Shown here: positions 11,217 to 23,035 of the stretch, in pieces
Layout of the letters: each line of letters begins with the position of its first letter
Numbering within the stretch: the stretch's first letter is position 1
From: Podarcis liolepis
Taxonomy: Eukaryota
Direction: 5' to 3' (one strand)
Assembly: GCA_965112155.1 (NCBI GenBank)
Contig: OZ218099.1
DNA: 64,000 bases
Notes under the pieces: generated by a model
Database searches by the model: none
Seen by the model: the letters and a program-made list of their open reading frames with translations, nothing else
What the model was told of the DNA's origin: nothing
Made by a program: the position numbers and the translations under genes

Positions 11217-11974
11217 TCATTTGTCTTCTGTCCACTCTGGGATGTTGGCCTCTACTAAGGCAGCCCGGTACTGCTGCAAGACTCCGCGGATGCTCTTTAT
11301 GAACCCCTTGGACAGTGGGAAGAGGGGGAAGCCGATGTCGGGGTAGCCGCTCCTCTCCGGAAGAAAGCTCCTGTAGCTCTTTCTCCTTTTCTTTGGTTTC
11401 ACACTAGGCTGAGCAGCAGAGTCTTGGGCAGCTTTACCCTCCTCCGTTGGGTCTCTGGCAAAGTGCGTTGCCCTGGCCTGGCCCATGCTCTCCGAGTCCG
11501 AATATTGATGGGCGTCGCTGGCAGCAAGCGTCGACATCGCGCAACCAGAGTCTTCCAGCTCCTCCTTGCCATCAGGCAACTGGCTAACTGCGGCGGCGGC
11601 AGCGGCAGCCCCTAACTCTAGCTCTCCCAGAGGCCCCATGCCATCTAGAGGGCTCTCTGCCAAAACACCGCAGGCTGAATGCACAAAGGAAGGCTCTCCC
11701 AGGCTGATGTGGTCATGACTCCTTTCCACCAGCTCGTTGGTCTCCACCCAGGACTCGATGCGGTGGACCAGGCGCCAACCGTTGCAGCAGAAGTGCTCGA
11801 AGATCTCCTGCTCAAAGACTTCCACCGGCTTGCGCAGCAGCTGCATCATCGACTGAACGACCCGGATCAGAGCCATCTCGTTGTAGCAGCGGCTGTTTTC
11901 GTAGCCCTCTTGCAAACCGCGGTCACTGTCAAAGCCAGCCTCATTGTAATAAGGCTCGTTGACTAGGATAAGCC
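11217..11974 (-). CDS. UBE2O: UBE2O last coding exon (exon 18 by mammalian numbering)
   Basis: catcag|GG acceptor; (G)[42 protein letters not shown]...[33 protein letters not shown]...EWTEDK*. Confidence 0.97.
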
Positions 11975-13087
11975 CTGATGTGAGAAAATGGAAGGGGAGG
12001 AAGAAGAGGGAGCAGGGAGAATAAAGAATTTAGAAGGTTGCAATGATGTGGGATATGCACACGGCTGCCTTACAGCAAACTATGGGACACGGCTGGAAAA
12101 GGGAAAAAAGGCAAGGAATTAAATGTACCAGGAAGATGAAAGCACTATTTAGAAGTTAAGGGAGGGGTGGAAGTAACCTCCGTTTTGAAAAAACCAAACT
12201 AAAACCCTATTTATTCAGGCTCTGAAGCCCAACAATTACTCCAAATTTAAGGTGGTTTTAACACCCATTTCAGAATTCTAACCCAGAATTACTAGGCTCA
12301 TTATGTAATGAAGCTGAAACCTCCACCATGCAAAGTTTTGATGAAAATTAAAGCACAATTCCACAGGGTGACAGCACTTTTGGAAAGTTTTCTTTTAAGA
12401 AAAAAATACCTCTATGGGTTTTGGATGCCTTAATTACTGCCAGTAGATGAACTGTTCTAACTGAAAGTCTTCCTAGCTTCTTGAGAAAATGGTTATAGTC
12501 CAGACACACCAATTATGTTAAATTATATTAGGGGACAAATCACCCAACAATTTCTCATGAGAAGAATGCACTTCTTGACGTCTTCTACCTGCATGAGGCC
12601 CATTGTCCCCTGAAGTGTGCATCCTACACACAAAGCTACTCGTGTAGGCACTCCAACCTGCCTCTGGACATGCCAGGTTGGGTGCTGAATCATATGCAAC
12701 TGTGGCCCTTCCCTTGGAGCAAGCAGACTGCGGAATGCACACCTGCAGAGAGCAACAGTGATGCAAAATCCACCTATATAATAATAAAGACTGCGTGGGC
12801 TGGCTTGGTTGCTTATTGGCTTTTAACGGCCAGCCAAGCTCAAGGAGTTACTTGCAGCTCCTTCTGTGAGCTGGCAGCTGTCTAGATGGTGGTGGTGGTT
12901 TTTCTTTCAGGACATGAAATAGAAAGTAAATGTGTACGGGCGTCCACAATTATAGGGTAATGAAATTAGCCTACAAAGTCAGCTAGTTGCGGAAGAAGTA
13001 GGTTATTCTACCTATTTTCTCATATTCCCTTGCTGAAGGATACTCTTGGGCCCCACGTTTCTCCCTTGCTCCAACACTGGAATTTAC

Positions 13088-13145
13088 CTTGGATTGAGAT
13101 GAGTACTTGTAGAAGGCTGGATTTACTGGTCCACCTCTCTGTGCC
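13088..13145 (-). CDS. UBE2O: UBE2O exon 17 (58 nt)
   Basis: ttccag|GGC...CAAG|gtaaat; GTERWTSKSSLLQVLISIQ, part of the UBC fold. Confidence 0.96.
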
Positions 13146-13984
13146 CTGGAATAGACAAACAAAAAAGTAAGCCAATGCATTTAATGTTCTTTATTTTAAA
13201 GCTTTACATGAGAACAATGAGTTCAATATCATGTGGATGGGCTGGGCATTCTATGTAATTATGGGTGTAACATCTGCATTATGTTAGAGGCAGCTTCCAG
13301 GACCTGTGCTGATGCTCAGCACTGTGGTGACGCCACACATGGCAGAGCATCACCTTCTAAGTTATGTGGTAAGGGCTGCCTGTAGCATTGCTGGGTCCTG
13401 GTGGCCAGAGACTACACTGCTCCACTAGCCCAGAGATCACTGCACTGAAGAACAGGGCTGCTACGTGAGTTGCACGTTGCAAGCCAAATGACGGCCAAGG
13501 CAGCTGCAGAACTGGACACAGCCAAGAGACGGCGCTGTCACGGCAACGTATATAAGATCTGGTGGAGTGATTGTGTTTTGAGCCCCAACAGATTTCAGTA
13601 GTGAGGTTCCACTTATATATCACTATAGCTTTTAATATAAGGTCAGCTGGGAAAGAGCTCTGAAGTGTGTTGTGAAGAAAGGAAGCCTTTTCTGATGAAA
13701 GCTTCTTGTGTCATTTTGCTATGTGCTGTTCCGCTTCCTTCATAAACTTAGGAGCACTTCTCTGAGCCATGGCTGTGACCAGCTGGGAGAATGGAAGCCC
13801 TTCCAGCAAAAAGCTATGGAGCCCATTAACTAAAGCAATGGTTTACCACTCGCAAGCTACAGTTAAGGGGTGCATATATACTTCTGAGATATGTGCATGG
13901 GCAGCGAACTGTAGTTTAAAGTAGTATCTTCAAACTGCTAGCACAACACCCTAACCTTGTCTTTTGAGAGGAAAAAATGAAGGA

Positions 13985-14053
13985 GAGGAAGAGGAAGAGG
14001 AAGAGGAAGAGGAAGAGGAAGAGGAAGAAGAAGAAGAAGAAGAAGAAGAAGAA
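13985..14053. repeat. (GAGGAA)7(GAA)9 compound polypurine microsatellite
   Basis: Pure purine tract spanning 13979-14056. Confidence 0.95.
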
Positions 14054-14135
14054 GAGCAATCTGAGGCAATTTATACAATGGTACTTGGAGGAGCCAGACC
14101 AACATCAATACGGAAATAGTTTGAAGTTGTATTAC

Positions 14136-14339
14136 CTTGCCTATCCAGGTCCCCAAAAGGCTTACGCAGACTTTTCCATTGTCATACAAGTTGGGGTTCA
14201 GTCTCCCACTACACTGGGAGAGGTAACGGAAAAGAGGGGGGACAGCCGGGTAGATGTTGGGAAGCTGGATGTCAAATAAAAAGAGGCCATCCTCATATGG
14301 TGTGCGCGTAGGCCCTTTGACGAGTGCCGAAAAGAGATC
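14136..14339 (-). CDS. UBE2O: UBE2O exon 16 (204 nt), UBC catalytic core
   Basis: cacag|GAT...AAG|gtaat; [35 protein letters not shown]...[23 protein letters not shown]; active-site Cys codon at 14166-14168. Confidence 0.98.
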
Positions 14340-15144
14340 CTGTGAAGAGATCACAAGCCAAAGCATAATTCCATGAAGAAAAATCAACTTCAACTTCCGA
14401 GGAGCCTCTGCAGTGTTAACTAGGAAAACAGCTACGTTACATTACATGGGCTGCATGCCAGATAACAGAACTGTGTTGGTAAAGCTGTTGAACTTCACCC
14501 CCTGCTCCCTCACTTGTTCCATTTATGAAAATATCAGAGCAAAAGTACTTAACTTAACCCAGCTCCTAGAATTTAGTTCCTGTCAGGTCAGCAAAACAGT
14601 TAATTTACTTGCTGGTGTAACAGAATGCAACACTGAAAGATTTATTTGCTATTGCTGTGGCCAAAGAGAATGTCAGATTTCTTTTGGTGTGATAGATAAC
14701 CCATCTCGCTACTTACGGTGGCTATTTCAATCAATTTTGTGGGCGCTTAAGGAAGTTTTCTGGAATATATTGTCATTTTTCTGCTCTTTATTCTTTTTTA
14801 TGGCATTCAGTTATGTTTGAATGAATGCAAAGTTTCTATATCGTACTCTATGCAAAAGTGTGAGATGAACACACAGAACACAATAATGGGATTATTAACA
14901 ACTGCTGTATAAACTGAAGAAGTCAGAAGCAGAGATGCTAGTGATAGATGGCTGCAGGAGGAAAATGAAACCCTTTTCTATCTGCCTGAAGGCTGGTCAA
15001 AGTCTTCACAAATGAACGATATGGTTCCTTCAACTAGGACGCATCTTAGACGATCGAGTCATTTTTTTGGATCCTGGCTTGTGTTTCAATGGTTACAGCT
15101 CTAACAAGGACGAGGAGTACCAAAACACTCTTGGTGGAGTGTCA

Positions 15145-15354
<210 letters not shown>

Positions 15355-15762
15355 CTACCCCACACAACCATGCAGTTATCCTTAAGGAGATTATGCTGCT
15401 TTTGCTTAATACTGGTCAGAAATTGCTTAAAATATTATGCCAGTTGGTGAAGGAGAAAGATATAGCTCTTATATTCTACCCTTCTATTCGTGGTCAAAAA
15501 AGCTAGCAGGTGTTTCCATCACACCTTTCCTCCCAGGCCAAATAAAAAGCTCAGCCATGAAAAAACCTCTCAGAGATAAAGAATAATAAGCCATGGCCAG
15601 TTATCACACCAAGATACAATGTAAAAAGTCAGGACTACCTGACTTTTACTAAACTAAACTTTACTCAATATATAATTATTCATGAAAAACAGCAATGATA
15701 AAATACAATGCATATTTGTAAAATGCAGGTAATTGCAGTGTAACAGTCTACAAACACCTACA

Positions 15763-16031
15763 GTGCCAAGGACCTTCTGGCGGTTCACTCACTGCAAGAA
15801 GTGAAGTTACAGGGAACCAGGCAGAGGGCCTTCTCAGTGGCACCTGCCCTGTAGAACGCCCTCCCATCAGATGTTAAGGAAATAAACAACTATCTGACTT
15901 TTAGAAGACACCTGAAGGCAACCATGTTTAGGTCTGATGTTTTATCATGTTTTTCATATTCTGCTGGGAGCTGCCCAGAGTGGCTGGGAAAACCCAGCCA
16001 GATGGGCGGGGTATAAATAAATTGTTGTTGT
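15763..16031 (+). mobile_element. LINE 3' end (L2-like), same family as the pair at 35031-35500
   Basis: Shares cagagggccttctcagt, cccatcagatgt and cccagagtggctggg...cagatgggc with the 35 kb copies; ends in tataaataaa plus a short (TTG)n tail. Confidence 0.7.
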
Positions 16032-16296
16032 AGCTGCCAAACAATGGGATAAAATCGCTTCTAAGTACAGTAACAAAATGCAATGTGTTTTGAAAGTGCT
16101 GTTGTTTATTTGCAACAGGCCATTAAGTGCAAGAGACTGAATGCAAGTTGAGGCACATGCTGAAGTATAGACACAAATTCTGCAAAGTTTACCTTTATCC
16201 CACCTTTAAATACAGGCTTCTATAGAATGAAAGAGGGATGCTGCTGCTTTATTGTCCAGCACTGCCTTCCCTGAAACACGGTTGCCTGCCACTCAC

Positions 16297-16963
16297 CTGG
16301 GGCACACTCCAGTACAGAGAAGACTTCCCCCTTGGCACTGGTGAATGTAACGCCAGGCTTGCCTCCATTCTGCTGGCAAAGCACAGGAGTCTCGCTAGGC
16401 CACTCTGATGTCACTGGGGTCTGCGTCTGCGCCTCTCTCTCTTCCTTCTTTTCTGCCTCTGCCATGGCCTCCATCTTTTCTTCTTCCACAATTGCTACGT
16501 TGTCCAGGGTCTTCTTCAGATTCTCTTGCAGCTTCTTGATATCGTCCAGGAACTTCTTCTCGCGGGTGGGCTTCTCGGGTTCGACCGTTGGAGAAGTCGG
16601 GTAGCCCGTCAACAGCTGCTCAACGGTCATGTTCTTCAGGCTCTCCAAGATCTTGATGGCCTCCTTCAACTCTCGGAAGCTCTTTGGGGTCCCTTCCTTG
16701 CCTGATTTATCAGCTGCCAAGTCGGCCACTGCCATTGCCACAGCACCTTGAACTTGCTCCTCCACCTTTTTCACCTCTTCCACAGGTGGCTCCTCGGGCT
16801 CAGCTTCCTCTGCTTTGGAGTGGTCATCTTCCATGAGGCCGTTGTCCGTCTCCCAGCTGTCACTCTCATCTTCCCACTCATCTGAGGAAGCGCCACTCGT
16901 GCTGCCGTCTATGGAATCAAGGTCTGTTTCTTCATCCATCTCGGATTCTATGTTATACAAATG
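16297..16963 (-). CDS. UBE2O: UBE2O exon 14 (667 nt), acidic and coiled-coil region
   Basis: ttctag|CAT...CCAG|gtgag; HLYNIESE...SSDEWEDESDSWETDNG...FRELKEAIKILESLKNMTVEQLL...KGEVFSVLECAP. Confidence 0.97.
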
Positions 16964-16972
16964 CTAGAAGCC

Positions 16973-16996
16973 AGAGAGAGAGAGAGAGAGAGAGAG
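16973..16996. repeat. (AG)12 microsatellite
   Basis: Reads (CT)12 on the - strand immediately upstream of the exon 14 acceptor. Confidence 0.95.
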
Positions 16997-19001
16997 ATCG
17001 ATCTATTAATTAAGAAAAGGTTTGTCATCCCACCAGTAAAAGGGGATGAGCTACAGAAGCATTTCTTCACGCTAAGGACACATCGGAAGCAGACGCTGGG
17101 GGAGAAATTAGTTTGGTTTGCATTTTAATGCAAGTCTACCTGATGCTCACCTCCTAAAATAACACACGAACCAAAACACAGCTATCCTGCTCTTTCTGAA
17201 TGGTGTGATGCACTTCTCCAACCAAAAATAAATAAATAAAAAGAGGACAAAGTATATATGAGGGAAAGTGTGTGCAAAATACTTATATTAGTGAAAGTCA
17301 TGTATAAAAATGCTTTCTATTGTAAGGGAAAGCTACACCCAAAAACACAGCACCAGATTCAACTAACCGGAAGCAAGACCAAGGACTTCTGCCACTGCAA
17401 TGGGGCTTCCCCTTCCCACAATTCAGCTCTATGGGGAAGTTGGGAGAATCCCCAGAGAAGCGCTCAGGGGGAGGAGAGGAGAAATTGATGGAACAATCTG
17501 TTTAGTGCTCTGTGGAAACCTCCCTCATATATTAGGCAAAAACATGTACAGTTTTCATGCGGACTTCAAAAAAGTTGCACGCATACTGATGTGGAAATGA
17601 GGAGAACTGAATCTGAGATTGAAAGAATGAGTAACTAAGAAAAAACAAAATGGACAGATTTGCCCATCACTAGGCAAACTCCCACTGGACTGACTTTCAG
17701 GTGGATTCTACATGCCTCGACTGCAGATCTTATGCAATATCCATCTAAAGGATTCTGAATCAGCACTTTACCCTCAAAAAGTAGGGCACCCTGGGTTAAC
17801 TGGAACAGTTTATAAAAAGGCTACAGTGAGCTTGAAGATCTGCAGCAGACTAGAGAGCAGCAGGCATTGACTCTGCTAGACGGAAGATCCCAGGATACTG
17901 AACTCCTCTTAACAAGTCTATTTACTCCATGCTGCCATTTATCACATTTCTCCCTTGGCGTTTTTGATAAGCTGCTTGATGTTTTTGTCGGAACAGGACC
18001 GAACCCTCCACTTTCCAAGTGACAACCTGTGAACTACACGGAAATGCCTATCGCTTTCCTCCTACAAGGAGTTGTTCTTATGATCCGAATAATCCTCAAG
18101 CTCCTGCACTCCACAGCGCTCTGTTTCCAAGGTGTGCCCCTTCTGATCTCTGTTGTGTATATTAGGGATGTGACTTTTCAGAATACGGCCCTCTTGTCCT
18201 CCACCACCCAGCCCAATTTTCTTTCTGCTCAAACTGCAGGGGGATTTAACAAAGATGTCTTGGAGGTTGCATGAGATGTACAGATACCCTTCCGCGTATG
18301 GGCTTTGGTATACCTTTTCACAGATCCCTGCCATGATGGAGGGGGAAAAATATATATATAGAAGCATTGGTAGCTGCAGAAGTAGTAGTTTCCCGGGGAA
18401 CCTCTGTTTGCTGTAGACCTTAATCTACAACCACAAATCAAATTAACAGGTTTTTTTAAACGGTATAAACTTTTATTATAGGTTGGGTGCGGAATTGTAC
18501 AGAGACAGTTGTCCTTTGTGGAAGTGTACGCCAGACCTGTGATCTGATCACATGTGACAGGAGTGGGAAGGGAGACAGCAGAGGGCTTTGTATCCCACTT
18601 CCATAGCTCAGGCACTGGACCATTCTGCTGCAATTAAAGGAGAACTGCTGGTTCAGAAAAAGAAAGCCTTGAATGCCAAGCATTTATGCACATGAACAGG
18701 CTTCTGAGGCAAAAGCAAACCACTGCGGGTGCTGGCTATAGCAGAGACACAGCAGCTATCTGGAAATGAAGAGACCAGGCATGAGCTAAAAAGCTTTCAG
18801 TACTGCGGTCTCCTCTAACGTTGCTTTGGGACAAATTTAGCTGTAATGCCTCTCCCAGCGGATCTTTTTCACCTAGAAACACCAGCTTATGCAAGGATGT
18901 TACACACACTCTGATCATCAGTGTTCTAGAAACAGGAAAACTGGAAATGGGGGCAGGGAGCATGGCTGCTGCACTGCAGATGCTCGAGCTAGTGAAACCC
19001 T

Positions 19002-19139
19002 TGGGGTAGTCAACAGTGTGCCCTCCAGATAAATGTTGGACTCAAACTCCCATAATCCTGGGCCACTGGTCATGCTGGCTGAGACTGATGGGAGATGGAG
19101 TCTAACAGCACCTGAAAGTTGCCATGTTGCCTGCCCCAT
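19002..19139. mobile_element. Short non-autonomous hAT-like palindromic element (related copies near 19876-20009, 37165-37280, 48054-48140)
   Basis: ggggtagtcaac...gttgcctgcccc ends and internal ctcccat/atgggag inverted motifs that recur in the other copies. Confidence 0.6.
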
Positions 19140-20239
19140 AAGCTTATTCCCAAACCATTCTATTTCATCTGCTCCTCCTCCCTTTCTCTAATTCAACTAA
19201 GGGTATTGTTTTACAATCCTTCATGCATGTGGAGAGTGCTTTTCCATGAATCCTGGGCTTCCTTGAAAGCTCCCCAGGAGTTCTGTCAATGAGATCCGCT
19301 GTGTACAAGTGTTTATAACATAGCTATCGGAAAAGGGCATGAACTGAATGCACCCTACAATGTGTGACAGTGTAGGCCAACGGTCCTAACCAGGACCCTG
19401 CTTCAACTGTGTACATGCCCTTGACACGCATGTAAATATGAAAAATTAGAAAGCTGTTGAACTAGAGCAATGGGTTTCTCCTTTGGGGTTTATTTTGGAG
19501 AAATGTGCCTACCTGAACTTCATATTGCTCTCTATGCAAGCGTTGAGAGGGCTACATGCATGCTACACCTACTTTAATTTCAGCGATTGCCTTCATGGGA
19601 ATCAGTGGCACAGATGCCATAGCTGAGGTTTTATTTTATACCTTCCATCCCATCAGGGTGGCTCCACAGAGCCCTCAAAGCAGCTAATCATAGGAGAAAA
19701 TGAAAATGATGGCTTATCCAAATAGCCCTTTGCGAACCATCCAAACAGCTCCTGCAAAGCTGCAGGTTGCTTCTGGAAGGACACAAAAGGGTCTGCACAT
19801 ACAGGAAGGTGAGAGCGGGGAAGCCCTACGGCATGAGTGGAACTCTGCTTGCAATTCATTGGATCCACTTAAAATCGGGAGTGGGAGCATCTCCAGATGT
19901 TGGTGAACTCCAAATCCCATCAGGCGCAGCCAGCATGACCACTCATCATCAGGGGCAATGGGAGCTGTGGTCCATCACCATTTGGATGGCCACATGCTCC
20001 TCTTCCCTGACTTAAGTTAAAAGCCAGCAGAGAGAGTACAAGTCAGCAGCATCAGAAAACCCAAAACTCCATCTAGCAGTTCCCGCTGCTGCAACCTAAA
20101 GTTCCAAATAACTTGTTAATCTACAGGCCTCAATATGCAAAGGCCCACTGAAACAAAAGAAGTCTTCATCGACCGTCTGAAAACGTGAGGTGTATGTCAG
20201 AGATGCGTGAGCAAGAAAAGGATGGGCTAAGGACAAAGG

Positions 20240-20639
20240 AGAACTGGACCATAAAGAAGGCTGATCGCCGAAGAATTGATGCTTTTGAATTATGGTCTGG
20301 AGGAGACTCTTGAGAGTCCCATGGACTGAAAGAAGATCAAACCTATCCATTCTTAAGGAAATCGGCTCTGGGTGTTCACTGGAAGGACAGATCCTGAAGC
20401 TGAGGCTCCAATACTTTGGCCACCTCATGAAAAGAGAAGACTCCCTGGAAAAGACCCCGATGTTGGGAAAGATGGAGGGCACAAGGAGAAGGGGACGACA
20501 GAGGACGAGATGGTTGGACAGTGTTCTCGAAGCTACCAGCATGAGTTTGACCAAACTGCGGGAGGCAGTGGAAGACAGGTGTGCCTGGCGTGCTCTGGTC
20601 CATGGGGTCACGAAGAGTCGGACACGACTAAACAACAAC
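20240..20639 (+). mobile_element. 5'-truncated BovB (RTE-clade LINE) 3' end
   Basis: Encodes WRRLLRVPWTERRSNLSILKEI...LQYFGHLMKREDSLEKTPMLGKMEG...RGRQRTRWLD; (CAA)n tail; 11-bp TSD AAGGACAAAGG at 20229-20239 and 20640-20650. Confidence 0.93.
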
Positions 20640-20835
20640 AAGGACAAAGGGGCAACTGCAGATTGCAGGCAGGAGCTACTAGCAAAACTCTATGTGTATA
20701 AAATTTCTCTGCAAAGGCATTCAAAGGATCCTGGCCTTTGCAGAGAAGGAAAACGGAAGCAGCAAGTTTAGACGGCAGAATAAAGAGACATCAGTAGTGC
20801 CACAAGTGGGTTTCATCAACAGCTTGCATCCAGAG

Positions 20836-21677
20836 CAGAAATCGCCAACCTTTTAGGACCAGGGGCACATTTTTAATTCTCTGAGTGTGCAGAGGGCTCC
20901 AGTCACAAATTAGCTGCTTTTGGGGCGGTTGGGGGTGGCATAACACAAAATGGCTGCCACAAGCTGCATGGTTTAACCCAAAATTAGAAAGAAAGCCACT
21001 CCTGACAAGCTTATGCTTAACATGGGAAATCAGCTATGTCCTGCTCTTCCTGATTGTGAGATCACACAATATCGATTTTACACACACAAATATAGATCCT
21101 GCCACTGTCTAATAGCAACAAGAAATGTTCCTCAGTACAGTGGTACCTCACAAGACGAATGCCTCGCAAGACAAAAAACTCGCAAGATGAAAGGGTTTTT
21201 GGTTTTTTGAGTTGCTTCGCAAGATGATTTTCCCTATGGGCTTGCTTCGCAAGACGGAAACGTCTTGCAAGTTTGTTTCCTTTTTCTTAACACCGTTAAT
21301 ACAGTTGCGACTTGATTTCGAGGAGCAACTCATAGAACGCGGTGTGGTAGCCTTTTTTGAGGTTTTTAAAGACTTTGGTGATTTTTGAAGCTTTTCCAAA
21401 ACTTTCCCGACACCGTGCTTCGCAAGACGAAAAAAATCGCAAGACGACAAAACTTGCGGAACGAATTACTTTCGTCTTGCGAGGCACCACTGTATCAGGA
21501 AAAATATACAAAGTGGCCACACCATACTCACTCTCATGTCACAGGAATTGCTTGGAAGGTTTTGCCCCATAGCTTTCTTTTAATGATAGTTCAGAATCTT
21601 GGGCATCAGCCCAGGAGCACAAGTAAAAATGTTCATGGGCACCATGGTGCCCACAGTCACTGACTTGGTGACCCCTG
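20836..21677. mobile_element. Old hAT (Charlie-like) non-autonomous element hosting a nested MITE
   Basis: Ends cagaaatcgccaacc / ttggtgacccctg; degenerate 8-bp TSD atccagag / acttagag. Confidence 0.5.
21138..21492. mobile_element. Tc1/mariner-type MITE, distinct subfamily with CGCAAGA repeats
   Basis: TA|CAGTGGTACCTCACAAGACGAA ... TTCGTCTTGCGAGGCACCACTG|TA. Confidence 0.92.
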
Positions 21678-21840
21678 ACTTAGAGCAACCCATTTCCAAG
21701 GTTCAACAAATTCAAAGCAAATTTAAGAGCTGATGAAAAAGAAACAACAAGCATTCCCAGTTTCAGACAAAATGCCCCCTCCTTGCTATAAAGGCATGGG
21801 ACCCAATGAACAAGAGCTCCATCAAGTAGAGGCAGCTTAC

Positions 21841-21930
21841 CTGTGGCAGAACGATTGTCCTGGAGTTATCAGCCCACACAACTTCCACTTTGCTGCTGAA
21901 ATCCACACGGGCCACCTGACCCACAGAGGG
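21841..21930 (-). CDS. UBE2O: UBE2O exon 13 (90 nt)
   Basis: ccgtag|CCC...CAG|gtaag; PSVGQVARVDFSSKVEVVWADNSRTIVLPQ. Confidence 0.96.
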
Positions 21931-22906
21931 CTACGGAAACAAACACAACAAGCCTTAGAGCCAGCTTAACTCGACCTTCTAGAATACCAGCAGTTAGCAA
22001 CTACTTTCTTCAAGTGAGTGGGGTGCATAAGCAAGAGGAGGATATCAACAGAGTAAGCCAAGAGAAATTGTAATGATTCTTGCTGCTGCTGCAATTTTAC
22101 GGAGGGGGATGTCCGGTGCAGGATATTTCCAAAACAAATCCACCTCAAAGACAGTGAACCGTACATCAAAACGACCTCAGCGCCACTCATCTCCAGTCTC
22201 TCTGAAGAATCCATTTTTGAAGTATTTGACAGGGCTGCCATCTTGCGGTGGATTGAGGAACTGGCGTTTGAGCCTTTCAAACCTTTTCCCTCTCGGCAGA
22301 TGGCGTCTTTATGTGGTTTCCTCACAGAGATGATCCACACTGAACCTGGCCTTGTATATATGCTGAACATGTTCACAATAGGCTGTCTCTGTCACTTGCT
22401 CAGCAATGTTCAATATGATGCCGGAGATGAGACTTTAAAAAGCCCAATTAAAATTGTACCCGAAGCCGAGTAAAGTGATATGTTGGTGTTCATAAGCTGT
22501 TTAGAAGTTTCAGGTCTGCAGATTTCTCTACACAGCTTCATTACTGAAGAAGGCAATTAGGAAGAGGCATGATGGCCTTTTAGGCTATTAATTCATGCAT
22601 GTATCATCTCTCCACTCAAATTATGTAAGCTTTACGCTTCTGCGGCCGAAAGATTCCAATGACCTCATTGTTACGTTCTGGTTAGCTATTGCATCTGCTA
22701 CAAGGGGAGGACCTCAGTTCTATGTATGTGCCGAAAGAAGAGAGCCTCCCTTCTTCTAGAAAGTGTGCAAGGATGCATGTCTATTAGGAACACTAAGCAG
22801 GACAAGACGGCCTATCTCTTTTCAGTCCAAACCAAGGCACAGAGGAATCTGGCAACTGCATTTTCCCCTCCCGCAGTATTAGGCCCCAAGGACATGCAAG
22901 ACCTAC

Positions 22907-23035
22907 CTCATTTTCACCAACTGAAGCACCATCCTCAGCATTGCCAATGCGGATCACAAAATCAGTAGTGCGGAAGCGGAAGTCTGGGTGATCAGCAATG
23001 TCATACACACTGACATCCTCCTCCTCCCCAATCAG
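22907..23035 (-). CDS. UBE2O: UBE2O exon 12 (129 nt)
   Basis: gccag|CTG...GAG|gtagg; LIGEEEDVSVYDIADHPDFRFRTTDFVIRIGNAEDGASVGENE. Confidence 0.96.

Noticed and set aside
14190-14198. NPN instead of the canonical E2 HPN motif
   Set aside because: This is normal for the UBE2O/BIRC6-type UBC subfamily and is not an inactivating change.
13977-14279. Lys/Arg-rich protamine-like ORF
   Set aside because: Translation of the (GAGGAA)n(GAA)n microsatellite plus the antisense of exon 16.
20096-20771. 183-aa and 159-aa ORFs as genes
   Set aside because: They are the antisense and sense readings of the truncated BovB fragment.
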